DNA of 64,000 bases, taken from assembly GCA_034226945.1 (NCBI GenBank), contig CP120454.1, forward strand, positions 248,001-312,000, written 5' to 3'. Shown here piece after piece: positions 34,535 through 45,304 of this stretch. Position 1 is the first letter of the stretch. Each line of letters begins with the position of its first letter. The stretch is from Picochlorum sp. SENEW3. Taxonomy: Eukaryota. Below the pieces are notes generated by a model that was given only the letters and a program-made list of their open reading frames with translations, was not told the origin of the DNA and ran no database searches. The position numbers were made by a program, and so were the translations under genes.

Positions 34535-36959
34535 TCAGTAAATCTCATCATCATCTTCCTCAATGTCGTCATCGTCGCCCATGAACGCGGCGCCATGATG
34601 GACATACATATCCATCAAATGTTGCATGGGACTCCGATACATTGGCATGTCATAATCATCTTCGCCCTCGTCGCCCCCGCCGCTCAAACCACCAAATTGT
34701 GATTGCATTGGATCTGCCATGTTGAAGCCCGCACGACCTGTCAGGAGATCGATGAAAGGATCCATGAAACTCTGCGCCAAATCTGGGTCAGTTCCTTGTT
34801 CCACGTCAGCAAAACTTGGCCAACTTTCTGGGTCTACAAATGCACATCCATCCTTTTGCCCACCATATGGTGTCCATACTTTCACTGTTGATTCTATACC
34901 AGATGTAGCGAGAACTGGCAAGATGGGATGAGGTCTGACACAATTTAGGATTTCGGCGTCTGCTCTCAAGAAATTCTCAACCTCTCCAGAATTGGCATTA
35001 TAGATGACGGCATATCCAGTATCCGACGCACTGATGACATATTCGTCGTTCCTGCCGAAAAAGACTGCTTCTTGTATATCAGTGTGCACATGGCTATGAT
35101 GACCATACGACTGAATGAAATTCTCATCTCTATGTCCGAGGCTCATAATTGGTGTGGGCAATCCCTTGGTGTAGGACATGCCCCAAGCCTTCATATAATT
35201 CATTTCAAACATGAGTGGTGACAACATTTGACTCGTCATATCTATCCATTCTTGCGGTATCTCTCCTCGCAGAGTACTGTCAAGGAGCTTGTCCAACATG
35301 GCCTTGCTTGTTTTGTATTCTTTCTGCACGCCTCTGAAAAACTCATTTCGAAAGGCTGTCAAGTCTCCTTCAGCATCCAACGCATCATATTCCGCACATT
35401 TCCCTTTCATCGTTTTCTCCATCACCTTAAGAATCAATAAAGAGGCCAACACAAACTCGCATTTCTTCAACGCATCCATGAGCACGATGTATGGATGCAC
35501 ACGATCCTTTGGGGCCACCCTCACTGCATACTCTGCAGACTGAAGAATAGCAAACAAATGCGAAGGCGTTGGGAGACGACGTTGTAAATATGTGTCACAA
35601 AGTCGACAATATAGAACGTAATCATGTGGATTCTCGCTTAACGCGTGTTTCAGACAACGAAGAGTCCATGCTTGGGCCTTTGGTGGCTTCTGGCATCCAT
35701 GTGGCATTGCTGCTGTATGCCACATGAGCGACTCCTTCCGATCAACCCGGTCTCTATTCCCAAAAAACGAAATCTCCCTCATACTATTATCAAACTCGAA
35801 TGCTTCAGGAAAACCCCCCAACGGCGTCGCCTTGGCAGATTTGCTGTCTGATGTGAGACAGGACCAAGACACTGCTGGGCCTTGAAAGTATGTTGCCAGC
35901 ACTTTGTCTCCCCCTGATCCGAATGTCACGTACGTAGGATATCGATAGTTGGACACACCGATAAAATTACTATACATATCCACCGATGGACTTGTTAGAC
36001 TGAGGATTGGTTCTCCACCACTGTAGCCCGAGTCCGTGAATGGCAGGCTGTCCCAAACATGAGGAGTCAACTTGCGCCTGTCAAAAACACACACATTCGT
36101 GTCCTGAGATGTCACAGCCAACATTTCCGGCCTTCTAGGATTGATTCGAAGCGATGAAATGCCCTTGTATGGATATGACGTCAGGTTTCGAAAACGAAGC
36201 AATACATTTGGACTTTCAACCTCTGACTGCGCTCTGGGATCCATTCTGTAATCATACTGCCGTACTGTTCCGTCTTCTGACGCAGACCAAAACATGTTTG
36301 GATCCGCCTGTGACACCTCGACATCTTTGACTCGGTCAGTATGACAGGAGAAAAATGTGTGCTCCGCAAGCGGATAATCACCCTGCTGACCACCTCCAAC
36401 CACGGAATCATCTTCCATCCTCCCGTCCTCCCCCACATCAACAGGTGGATCATTCTCCTCACGGAAGAAACCATCATACCTCGGACCATGGATAGGAATC
36501 AAGTTACCCCCTCCTTCTAATATTCGATGCAATCCTACCGTGTGGTCCATAGCCCCTGTCACAAGAACAGAAGAGTTGGTGTGAGGCAGAAATTGTACTC
36601 CAAAGATATTGCTCGTATGCAACGTGGGCACCGTATACGGCATACCCTGTGGGTATGGCCAGATGATGAGATTCGCATCATCAGATACAGATGCCAAGTA
36701 TGTCCCATCCTGATTCCAAGCCAAGCGATTCACACACCCCATATGCCCACGTAGTCTTCCAGTCAGACCGAACCGTCTCACGCAAAAATCATCCTCCTTT
36801 GCTATATCCTGCACATGAATAGATGTATGAGATATTTTAGCGAGTAAAGAGAGCAGAAATATCATCAAAACTGATGCATACCCTATCTTGTTCTTTCAAA
36901 CCAATCTCTCTTCTACAGAGGTACCCATATTCGGATCGAATCCTGCCTAATCCAAACAT
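34535..36959 (-). CDS. WD40 (+TPR-like) DCAF8/WDTC1-like CUL4 substrate receptor; 2 exons, ~783 aa
   Basis: Motifs LRGHMGCVNRLAWN, H.SNIFGVQFLP, SASEDGTVRQYDYR and NCVRPHP...LATSGIE. Exon 1 is 36959-36882, with a phase-0 intron at 36809-36881. Confidence 0.88.
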
Positions 36960-37057
36960 CCTTGGGATAGTTCTATGTTACATGATAATATCAACTTTTG
37001 AATAGAGATGCGAGTATTGGAATCAATGGGGGAGGAGAAGATCTGCTGTCGTCAAAG

Positions 37058-37150
37058 TAGATCTAGATCTGCAGATCTGCTTGGTTGGCCAACGTTGGCC
37101 GTTAACGGCCCATGGGCCCAACGTTGGGAGGTACCTCCCCAATATTGGGG
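37058..37150. repeat. Chain of interlocking perfect palindromes
   Basis: AGATCTAGATCT, AGATCTGCAGATCT, GGCCAACGTTGGCC, GGCCGTTAACGGCC, GGCCCATGGGCC, CCCAACGTTGGG, GGGAGGTACCTCCC and CCCCAATATTGGGG, read directly from the sequence. Confidence 0.95.
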
Positions 37151-37272
37151 GGCGATCAAACTCAATAAGAAGGGAAAACTGCTTACAAGAAAAAGAGTAC
37201 TATGTTGTATCAGCATTATTATATATGGTGGGAAAAAAACAGCAGCCATATATAGAAACTGGCATTAATTGC

Positions 37273-38736
37273 TTAATTCTTCTTTCTGCTTCCCTTTTTT
37301 GCTCCCTTCTTTGCACCACTCTTCTTCTTTGGTGAGGAGGACGATGGCGCAAAAGACGCAGGTGCTTCCTCTGGAGAGGATGATGACACAGTAGCTTCTA
37401 CGACAGATGAGGATTCCTTCTTTTTAGCTTCCTCTTCAGCTTTGAGTGCTCTAAACTTGTCCCCTTGCTTGGTGGTGGTGGTGGTGGTGGTGGTGGTGGT
37501 GGTGGTGGTCTCCACGCTGGCAGCAGTATCATCATCTACAGTCTCTGCTGAGACATCAATAATTTTGCTCGATCTGCGAGCATTCATCTCCTTTCCAGTT
37601 GGCCCACTTTTCTCTGGTTTGGGTGGAGCAACATATGTTCCAGATGATGATGCTGTGGCCACATCTGGTTCGTCAGCAAACTTGCGCCTCAAGTACACCT
37701 GCTGTGCTGTCGTCACCAAATTATTTGTAAACCAATACAGCGTCAACCCAGATGGGACATTCAACGAGAAATACCCAATCATCAATGGGATAAACTTTAA
37801 TATATTCTGTGTCTGCTGCTGTGCAGGATCCTGGCTCTGAGGTGGAGAAATAATCTTTTGTGACGCATACTGGGACACCACCAACAATACAGGCAAGAGC
37901 AAGTACGACAGCGTATCGTGCCATCCCAGTGGAGGCACGCCATCCACAGGAACAAGCCATCCCAGTCCCCCATTCAATTTTGTTGGCCCAGCAAGAGAAG
38001 GAATCCAGAAGAACCCATCCGTCAAGAGCCCTTCATCAGCAACATTTCCAAGCGCACGATACAACCCAATGAACACTGGAATAGTCGCAAGAGTAGGCAA
38101 GCACCCAGCCAAAGGATTCACTCCAGTCGTCTGATACAACTTTGCCGTCTCCATTTGAAGCCTCTCAGCATCATTTGCATACTTGGCCTGCAATTCCTTC
38201 ACTCGTGGCTGCAACTGCTGCATCCTCAGGGTACTCTCAACCTGCTTTGCACTCAACGGATACGTTGCCAGCTTCACAAGTAATGTAATCACAATGATGG
38301 AAAATCCGTACGAGTATGGTACCCCAGACTTGTCCAGACCAGCATCAATCAACTTGAGAAATGCCTCAAACGAGTCTGAAAAGATGGACATGAACCCTCC
38401 ACTCTTCTGAGGAGCATCAGCTGCCGCCTCCGCCACAGCAGCTGGATCCGCATCCCCAAAAACCATCAAATGCGTCGTCACCGCCGCGGCAATATCGTAT
38501 TGAATCCCAGCCACATCCTCCAGCCCAGCTTGACACAGAGTACTCTGTCGCTGGCCCCTCGACTGTCTCTGGTACACCTGTGGCCCAACACGAGGAACTC
38601 CTCCTCTCAGAATTAAATCCTTACCATAATGCGTATCACGTATTGCTGTAGAAGAAAGCATGGCACGGCAGCACTGCGGCTTTGTCTGCACCACATGTCC
38701 AATGCGACAGTGCCCAGATACCCTCATCGCAGACAT
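37273..38736 (-). CDS. ALB3: Chloroplast ALBINO3 (YidC/Oxa1 family) thylakoid insertase
   Basis: Motifs VPYSYGFSII, GVNPLAGCLPTLATIPV, FFWIPSLAGP and SLNVPSGLTLYW; transit peptide and basic C-tail. Confidence 0.95.
   Translation of the reverse strand: MSAMRVSGHCRIGHVVQTKPQCCRAMLSSTAIRDTHYGKDLILRGGVPRVGPQVYQRQSRGQRQSTLCQAGLEDVAGIQYDIAAAVTTHLMVFGDADPAAVAEAAADAPQKSGGFMSIFSDSFEAFLKLIDAGLDKSGVPYSYGFSIIVITLLVKLATYPLSAKQVESTLRMQQLQPRVKELQAKYANDAERLQMETAKLYQTTGVNPLAGCLPTLATIPVFIGLYRALGNVADEGLLTDGFFWIPSLAGPTKLNGGLGWLVPVDGVPPLGWHDTLSYLLLPVLLVVSQYASQKIISPPQSQDPAQQQTQNILKFIPLMIGYFSLNVPSGLTLYWFTNNLVTTAQQVYLRRKFADEPDVATASSSGTYVAPPKPEKSGPTGKEMNARRSSKIIDVSAETVDDDTAASVETTTTTTTTTTTTTKQGDKFRALKAEEEAKKKESSSVVEATVSSSSPEEAPASFAPSSSSPKKKSGAKKGAKKGSRKKN
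37471..37509. repeat. (GGT)13 microsatellite encoding poly-Thr in the ALB3 C-tail
   Basis: 13 perfect GGT units (ACC codons on the minus strand). Confidence 0.95.
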
Positions 38737-39013
38737 GTCAACTAAATGATTTCTTCCTAGATGGATCTACTTTATTCTCTGAGGAGAGAACATGGCCATG
38801 GCCAATTGTCTTCTATCGAGACGCTTTCTCTCATGTCTCTCTATCCTTACAACGCAGCCTATCAATTGCATCCTTTGACCGATGAATGATATCGTGTTCT
38901 CTTGAATAAAGAAATAAGAATCCACCACCCTGGAGTGTAGAAAACACGGCTCAACGGGATCCCATTGGTACATACACATAGTATGCCATTAGTATAATAT
39001 ATATATATATGCA

Positions 39014-39754
39014 ATGGTATCCCTAGCAATCCATTCAGTCGCAGCGAATGGAAGAATAGGCAGTCGTCAGCATGGATTATCTGCGTCGTATTGCCATTCT
39101 TCTCTTAGAAAGCGAATTATCGCTATAGAACGATCTATAGCAGTAGTATATGCATCATCATCAGAACCATCATCACTAGATGCTGGTGAAGAGGAGGGAA
39201 GAAGAGACGAGAAAGGCAAGACGCTGAGCAGTATTCTTGGAATGACCCGGGCCATGACCAGCAAGGGTGCATCGCTCAGTATGAAACAGCGATGGAGGGC
39301 GATAGGGTTGTATCTTGAAGCACTGCGCCAGCATCTTGTAGAGCATGTTGCAGTGATCAGGGCCCTGGTGGCATGGTATCAGAAACATGTGGCTGGGCCA
39401 TATGGGGTCCTTGCTGATAGATATACGCGTATGAAAGAAGACATTGTTCAAGAATATGAGCAATACCTTGCTGATGAGACGAAAAGTCGATGGAGTTGGG
39501 AGAAGAGGAATAGGAAAGAGTTGGCATTTCTGCATAGTATTCCACCATATATAGGCATGGCATGTGTGACGGTGGTGTACCAAGCATTTATTCCTCTGAG
39601 TATTTCGGCAGCTGTTCTTCTTCCATTGTATCTAAGCTGGGTCTTGTATGATCGGTGGTGGGCATCACCCATCATCTTGGGGATGGTGTTGATCAGTCGT
39701 TGGAAATTCCTAGTACCTGCGTCGTGGTGTTGGATATGGCCAGGTCTGTTCTGA
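39014..39754 (+). CDS. Hypothetical membrane protein with transit-peptide-like N-terminus
   Basis: 246-aa ORF with an S/R-rich N-terminus, helical middle and hydrophobic Trp-rich C-terminus. Confidence 0.7.
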   Translation: MVSLAIHSVAANGRIGSRQHGLSASYCHSSLRKRIIAIERSIAVVYASSSEPSSLDAGEEEGRRDEKGKTLSSILGMTRAMTSKGASLSMKQRWRAIGLYLEALRQHLVEHVAVIRALVAWYQKHVAGPYGVLADRYTRMKEDIVQEYEQYLADETKSRWSWEKRNRKELAFLHSIPPYIGMACVTVVYQAFIPLSISAAVLLPLYLSWVLYDRWWASPIILGMVLISRWKFLVPASWCWIWPGLF

Positions 39755-39801
39755 ACCCAGTGTATTACTTAATTAATAATAAATATACGTGTAAAGAATA
39801 A

Positions 39802-40830
39802 ATGGTGGTTATCGTTGCTATTCTGTTGACGGTTGTTGCCTCTACTGCGTGTTCGATTGGCAAGGCATTGCAGAAGGAGGCGACATCAAATCTACCCAAA
39901 TTTAGTCTAGATAATGAAAAGATTATTCAACAGTATAGACAGAGTGGGACGTGGCTGGTAGGGGTTGCGTTGGATGTCGGTGGGGGTATTGTTCAGACAG
40001 TTGCGTTTGCTATGGCACCGGTGTCTCTTCTTCAGCCGGTCTCAGGGATTGGTTTGGTTGGATTAGCATTGTATTCTCATTTTTATCTGAGGGAGAATCT
40101 GCGGAGTGAGGAGTGGATGGCTGTTGGGATTGCTACTCTTGGAACTGTTGGTCTGGGGAGCACGTCTGGTGGTGGGGTGGAGCAGGAAGAGGCTCAGCCA
40201 GGGGCGATACGGATGATTTTTACGCTTCTTGTAGTAGGATATGGTGTTGTTAAAATGACTGGGGTGAGAGAGCGGTATATGAAGGGTCAAAAGGGCTTGT
40301 CCAAGGTGTCTGCTGCGCTGTATGGACTGCAAGCTGGAGGGTGCTTTGGCTTGTCTGCTTCCACCATTAGGACTGGGTTTATCATGGCATCGAGTCGGCG
40401 GTGGACGTGGGCGCCATTTGGTTTGATATGTGGTGTGGCGTTGAGTTCGTATGGGTTTGTGCTGCAGACGTGCGGGTTGAAGGAAGGATCAGCGGTTATT
40501 GTGTGCACATGTGTTGCTGTTGTGGCCATGGTGGTGGGTGTGGTTGTGGGTATACTTGGTCTGGGAGAATCTATGCCATCGTCCCCGGGATCTCTGGTCG
40601 TTCGTTTGTGTAGTTGGGCGTGTATCATGTATGGTGTGGTGGTACTGAGTGGTGGTGTCAAGGTGGTGCGAGAACTGATTGCTGCTGGCATTGGATTGAT
40701 TCCAGCCAGGTATTGGCACCATGTCCCTGATGGGATTGCTGTGAAGATGAAGAATTGGATGAATAGTGTGCAGCATGATCAAGGATTGCCAGAAAAGCAT
40801 GCTGCAGCGACGCATGTTGCTCGAGATTGA
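39802..40830 (+). CDS. NIPA/DMT-superfamily transporter (probable Mg2+ transporter-like)
   Basis: About 9 TM helices; GKALQK, W..G and AFAMAPVSLLQPV...YL.E. Confidence 0.8.
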   Translation: MVVIVAILLTVVASTACSIGKALQKEATSNLPKFSLDNEKIIQQYRQSGTWLVGVALDVGGGIVQTVAFAMAPVSLLQPVSGIGLVGLALYSHFYLRENLRSEEWMAVGIATLGTVGLGSTSGGGVEQEEAQPGAIRMIFTLLVVGYGVVKMTGVRERYMKGQKGLSKVSAALYGLQAGGCFGLSASTIRTGFIMASSRRWTWAPFGLICGVALSSYGFVLQTCGLKEGSAVIVCTCVAVVAMVVGVVVGILGLGESMPSSPGSLVVRLCSWACIMYGVVVLSGGVKVVRELIAAGIGLIPARYWHHVPDGIAVKMKNWMNSVQHDQGLPEKHAAATHVARD

Positions 40831-41052
40831 TAGAGACCTCGATTACAGCATCGATCCTTTCGGCAAGGGGCGGTGGCGCCCAGCAAGCTGCCCGTTTAAA
40901 TCTACCCATAAATGTATACCCAATATTGTCAGTATATTGCACTAGAAGTATTTGAATAACAATAATTCTGTAAAAGATTGATCTTTTCTGGACAGGATAC
41001 CTTCTGTACGGGTTGATTTGAGAAGTTTTGGAACAGACCGTTGACGATCCAC

Positions 41053-41815
41053 ATGCGTGCATTCAACAAGAAGCAACTTCCATTGGTTGCGGTGGCCATT
41101 TGCGGAGGAGGTTTGTGTTTTATTCCTATGTAATATTCCTATGTTGAATATAGAATTCGAATCTGTGTCAATTGTGCGATCGCGTGACATTGAATTGAAC
41201 CTCACATGTGCAGTCATCTGTTCGAAACGGTTACTCGGGCGATTCTTCTCTCGGAACAGAAAGCAACCATCCGCGGATCCAACATCAAATATAGTGGAAG
41301 AAAACACTTGTTTGAACACCAATCGTCATACTGCGACTCGAGATGACAGGTCTGTCTACGAACGGATGAGGCAGAGGACCTGCTTCAGTAAACAAACAGC
41401 GACGAATAACGAATTGAATGGCATGCCATGTCATCATGAGCAACTCGTCTATACTCATGTTCCGAATACGCGTGTGAAATCCCGCTTTTATAGAGAGCAT
41501 GTTAGAAATATGGTCAAGGATGGGCAGCAGGTGGCTGTCCCTGGGTCACATACTGTGCCTTGGTCTGCAGAGGATGATTGGTCAATCCCATGTACTACAG
41601 CCTGCCAGTTGTACGAGGGATCTTCGTCCTCCCACGACACCGATCATGATCATAATGATGATGATGATGCATCTTCCGTGGAATCCCTCGGCTGTCTCGT
41701 AGACATGTCTGAGCAGGGCATGGAGAGACGTCGGGCAGATGTCCCTCGATTGGACTTGACCAAGGCTCTTGAGATACAGAGAATGGATTTGATGCAGACA
41801 GAGGATTGCGAATGA
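41053..41815 (+). CDS. Hypothetical protein with N-terminal signal-anchor; 2 exons, ~219 aa
   Basis: Exon 1 is 41053-41110 (MRAFNKKQLPLVAVAICGG). A phase-1 intron 41111-41213 (GTTTGT...TGCAG) joins it in frame to the 41057-41815 ORF. Confidence 0.55.
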
Positions 41816-41925
41816 TTGTGATACTTACAAAACATTGTAACCAGTAAAAGCATGGATAAACCTGTTGTGTAATCGACATGCCATCAAGGCACTGCTGGCA
41901 CCATGTGTGCACAGCATGCTCCTTT

Positions 41926-42933
41926 TTACTCTGGGTTGATGAGCTTTTTGATCTCATCGTACAAGACGAGGACGAAAGCTCCACCAGCTCCACGCAAAAT
42001 GTTGGAGAGAGCTCCCTTGAAGAAGGCTTTTCCTCCTTCATCAGCAGCAATCTTTTTCCAGCAGTCTATTGTTCCATTGTACATTTTCTTGTCACTTCCA
42101 GCCTGCATCATGAGACGGCGACGAACTGTATCGAATGGATATGACAAGACTCCTGCAGCAGATGTGACAGCCTGTGCCACAGCCCACTTGGCAACGAATG
42201 GAGCGTTCTTCTCGTCCTTGAACAAAACACCCTTGGCAGTATCATACAGTCCAAAGTATGCTCCACGGTATACAATAATTCCCTGTACGGAAACTCCGAA
42301 TCCTTGGTAGAGTGCCATTGGTCCTCCTTTCTTTGTAGTCTTACTCAAGCAGTCCACCAATCCTGAGAACTCTCTCTGTCCTCCTGATCCAACATCAGCA
42401 GCCAAACGAGTACGAGCGAAATCCAATGGATACACAATCAACAATGATCCAGCTCCAGCCAAACCTCCAGATGCCAGGTTGGTCATGAAGAATGGCCAGA
42501 AGTCAGTTGTTGGGTTATATTTTGGGAAAATACCCTTGATAGTATCCTTGAAAGCAAAGTTGAATGCCTGAGTTGGGAAATAACGCACGACATTAGCCAT
42601 ATTTCCCCTCCAGAAGGAAGAGATACCCTGCTCACGGGACACACGGACAAAACAGTCACCAATACCCGTATATCTTGGAATCTCTCCGGACTGGATCCTT
42701 GGGTTTGAATCTTGTGTCTGCAACAACAATTTAACACGCTCGATCGGAGCGACAGCTGTCTTGGAAATGGCACCCGCGGTTCCTCCCGCAGCCAAATCCA
42801 ACAAGAAGTTGAATGGGCCCTTCTCAGGCTTTTCAGCAGCAGCTGGAATCATGAATGACTTTTTCTCTTCCATGGCTTGAGATCTAGCAAGAGATGCCAG
42901 ACCAGCCTCCTTCAGAATCGTAGCAGAGAGCAT
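41926..42933 (-). CDS. AAC: Mitochondrial ADP/ATP carrier
   Basis: Motifs [38 protein letters not shown] and the RRRLMM signature. First ATG is at 42933, downstream of a probable 5'-UTR splice acceptor at ~42979. Confidence 0.97.
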   Translation of the reverse strand: MLSATILKEAGLASLARSQAMEEKKSFMIPAAAEKPEKGPFNFLLDLAAGGTAGAISKTAVAPIERVKLLLQTQDSNPRIQSGEIPRYTGIGDCFVRVSREQGISSFWRGNMANVVRYFPTQAFNFAFKDTIKGIFPKYNPTTDFWPFFMTNLASGGLAGAGSLLIVYPLDFARTRLAADVGSGGQREFSGLVDCLSKTTKKGGPMALYQGFGVSVQGIIVYRGAYFGLYDTAKGVLFKDEKNAPFVAKWAVAQAVTSAAGVLSYPFDTVRRRLMMQAGSDKKMYNGTIDCWKKIAADEGGKAFFKGALSNILRGAGGAFVLVLYDEIKKLINPE

Positions 42934-43521
42934 CCTGACTGATGATGGCGAACCCGAACACAAAATGACAAGATACACCTACACAGGGAACAGATGTGAC
43001 ACAATCTGTTACAAAAGAATATCAGCAGATTAGAATATCGGCAACCCAGGGCATCTGACGATCACATGCCCTATCACACCCAGACAATCAGCGGGTTTAG
43101 ATGATGTTCAAGATATGCTTCGGTCAAAGCATGCATTCGACCGATTCTGTAATGAGATTCTTGCATGGGACACAGGGGGCGGGGTAGCACAGATTTTTAA
43201 TCTTAATGTACGGAATTTATGTCACAGGATTCATCTGTGACTGACGATTGCTCATTGAAACTAGATGATTCAGACGTCAAGATGGGATACAATTGTACAT
43301 TCAACTTTTTTTTCTCCATATAATGCGTCCCGATATCGATCGAGACGATGTCTAGAAAGGAATTTGGCGTTGCAGCCTCTTCGAAAGATTGAGTTTGTGA
43401 ATGTGCTCGATATTTGTGGGTAGATTGTACAAAATTTAGGTCTTCAATAGATATTTTTACATCAAAGAGGTCGTATTCGACTTGGAACTGATACATTCGG
43501 GGGGACGACAAGACAGGAAAA

Positions 43522-45222
43522 ATGCATGGTATCGACGAGAGTGGAGGTGGGGAATCTGTTGTCATGGGGGAGGAGGATGAATTTTACAAGAGATGTTTGC
43601 CTTCTTTGGGTCATTTTCCTCGGAGTGATGCATCGATCGCGGTGGCTTTGAATGAATTGGATGCCATGTTGGAGGCAGAGGATGGGACTGAAGAGGATGT
43701 GAGTCATCATTCTGCACAACACGTGGAGAAAACGCCTTCAGGGGCACAAGTGAGTACGCGAGAGCAAGTTGTAGGGTCTCATCCGGTGGATTTTGCGCTC
43801 GAGTTTCCCAGAATATGTATTGTGACGACGGCTTCGTTGCCCTGGTTGACTGGGACCGCAGTGAACCCAGCCCTGCGTGGGGCATACCTATGGAATCAGG
43901 GGCATCATGTGACGCTCTTGGTTCCGTGGGTGAAACGCGAGGAGCAGGGTAACCTTTTCCAAAAAGGGGTGGAGTTTGATTCTGAAAAGGATCAGCTTGA
44001 GGCTGTTCGCACTTCGTTGAGTGCAAGGGTACCTTTTGACATCACATGGGGGGATGAGAATGATGAGAATGGCAGCGGATCTCCTCGCTACCATATTAGA
44101 TTTTATGGTGGAAAATATGCACCAGCTTTGGGTTCGATAATACCCACGCAGGATATTCAGCCATTGGTTCCACAGGATGTGTCTTGCATTGTGCTGGAGG
44201 AGCCAGAGCACCTGACATGGTATCATTCTGGAAAACGATGGATTAGAGCTTTTGATAGCCATGTTCCTGTGGTTGGGGTGATGCATACGAACTACGTTGA
44301 TTATGCTCGAAGAATGGCCGGAGATGCTGCTTCAGTGACATTGAAACAGCTGAATAAGTTTTTGTGCAGACAGCATACACATAAAGTTATCAAATTGAGT
44401 GCTGCCGTGCAAAAGCTGCCGAGAGAGGAGGTATGCTTTGTGCATGGAGTGTCAGAAGGGTTTTTAAGGATAGGTAAATCCGTAAAGGCTGGTGAGGTGG
44501 TGTTTGAAAAAGCGGCATATTTTCTGGGCAAGGCATTGTGGGCAAAGGGGTTTGAGGAATTATTGGACAAGATGGAAGCTCATGAGTACGTATGCGCTCA
44601 GAATGGGAAAGAAACCATACGGGTGGATGTGTATGGACATGGGAAAGAACTTGAAGAGATCCAGAATGAATCTAGCACCAGGGGGTTGAGTCTCAACTTT
44701 CTGGGACCAAAAGACCACTTGTCAGAGGATATGGCAGCGTATAGAGTGTTTGTGAATCCATCGACGTCGGATGTGGTAGCAACAACGAGTGCAGAGGCAC
44801 TTGCGATGGGAAAGTGGCTTCTTGTTCCAAGTCATCCCTGCAATGCATTCTTTGCAGATTTTCAGAATTGCCTCGTGTATGAGAATGATGACCAGTTTAG
44901 TGACATGCTGATACATGCAGCACATTATGACCCACAACCTCTTTCGGAATCAGAGATTAATAGATTGACTTGGGAATGTGCTACGGATAGACTTTTGCTT
45001 TGCTGCAGTGAGACGACCACGGAACGAAGCAAAAGGTTGGGTTTTGAACGAGTGGCATGCAAGACGTCTTGGCTAGGATACAATGTCGGGTATGGCGTAT
45101 ATTCGATCGTCACAAAGGCGATTGATTCCGTTGTGGGGTCTATCCAGACAAGTCAGTCCGAGAGGGTGCGAGGGCGTCTCAGGCCACCAAACAAGGATGG
45201 TCTGCAGTCCCATGCGCTGTAA
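43522..45222 (+). CDS. DGD: Digalactosyldiacylglycerol synthase (GT4; DGD2-like, without a long N-terminal extension)
   Basis: Motifs IVTTASLPWLTGTAVNP, LEEPEHLTWYH, HTNY, HKVIKLS and NPSTSDVVATTSAEALAMGK. Confidence 0.93.
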   Translation: MHGIDESGGGESVVMGEEDEFYKRCLPSLGHFPRSDASIAVALNELDAMLEAEDGTEEDVSHHSAQHVEKTPSGAQVSTREQVVGSHPVDFALEFPRICIVTTASLPWLTGTAVNPALRGAYLWNQGHHVTLLVPWVKREEQGNLFQKGVEFDSEKDQLEAVRTSLSARVPFDITWGDENDENGSGSPRYHIRFYGGKYAPALGSIIPTQDIQPLVPQDVSCIVLEEPEHLTWYHSGKRWIRAFDSHVPVVGVMHTNYVDYARRMAGDAASVTLKQLNKFLCRQHTHKVIKLSAAVQKLPREEVCFVHGVSEGFLRIGKSVKAGEVVFEKAAYFLGKALWAKGFEELLDKMEAHEYVCAQNGKETIRVDVYGHGKELEEIQNESSTRGLSLNFLGPKDHLSEDMAAYRVFVNPSTSDVVATTSAEALAMGKWLLVPSHPCNAFFADFQNCLVYENDDQFSDMLIHAAHYDPQPLSESEINRLTWECATDRLLLCCSETTTERSKRLGFERVACKTSWLGYNVGYGVYSIVTKAIDSVVGSIQTSQSERVRGRLRPPNKDGLQSHAL

Positions 45223-45304
45223 CCATATATTGAATTCATTTTTATGCTCGTGAATTTCGGATATGAAATTTTTACCATGGTATACTACTAATAATAAATA
45301 TACA

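Noticed and set aside
37008..37335. Short ORFs over the palindrome chain; CRISPR-like interpretation
   Set aside because: The ORFs lack protein-like features. There are no identical repeats with spacers and no cas genes, and the context is eukaryotic.
43093..43100. GGGTTTAG (CTAAACCC on the minus strand) as a telomere repeat or telomerase template
   Set aside because: A single 8-mer, expected by chance in 64 kb.
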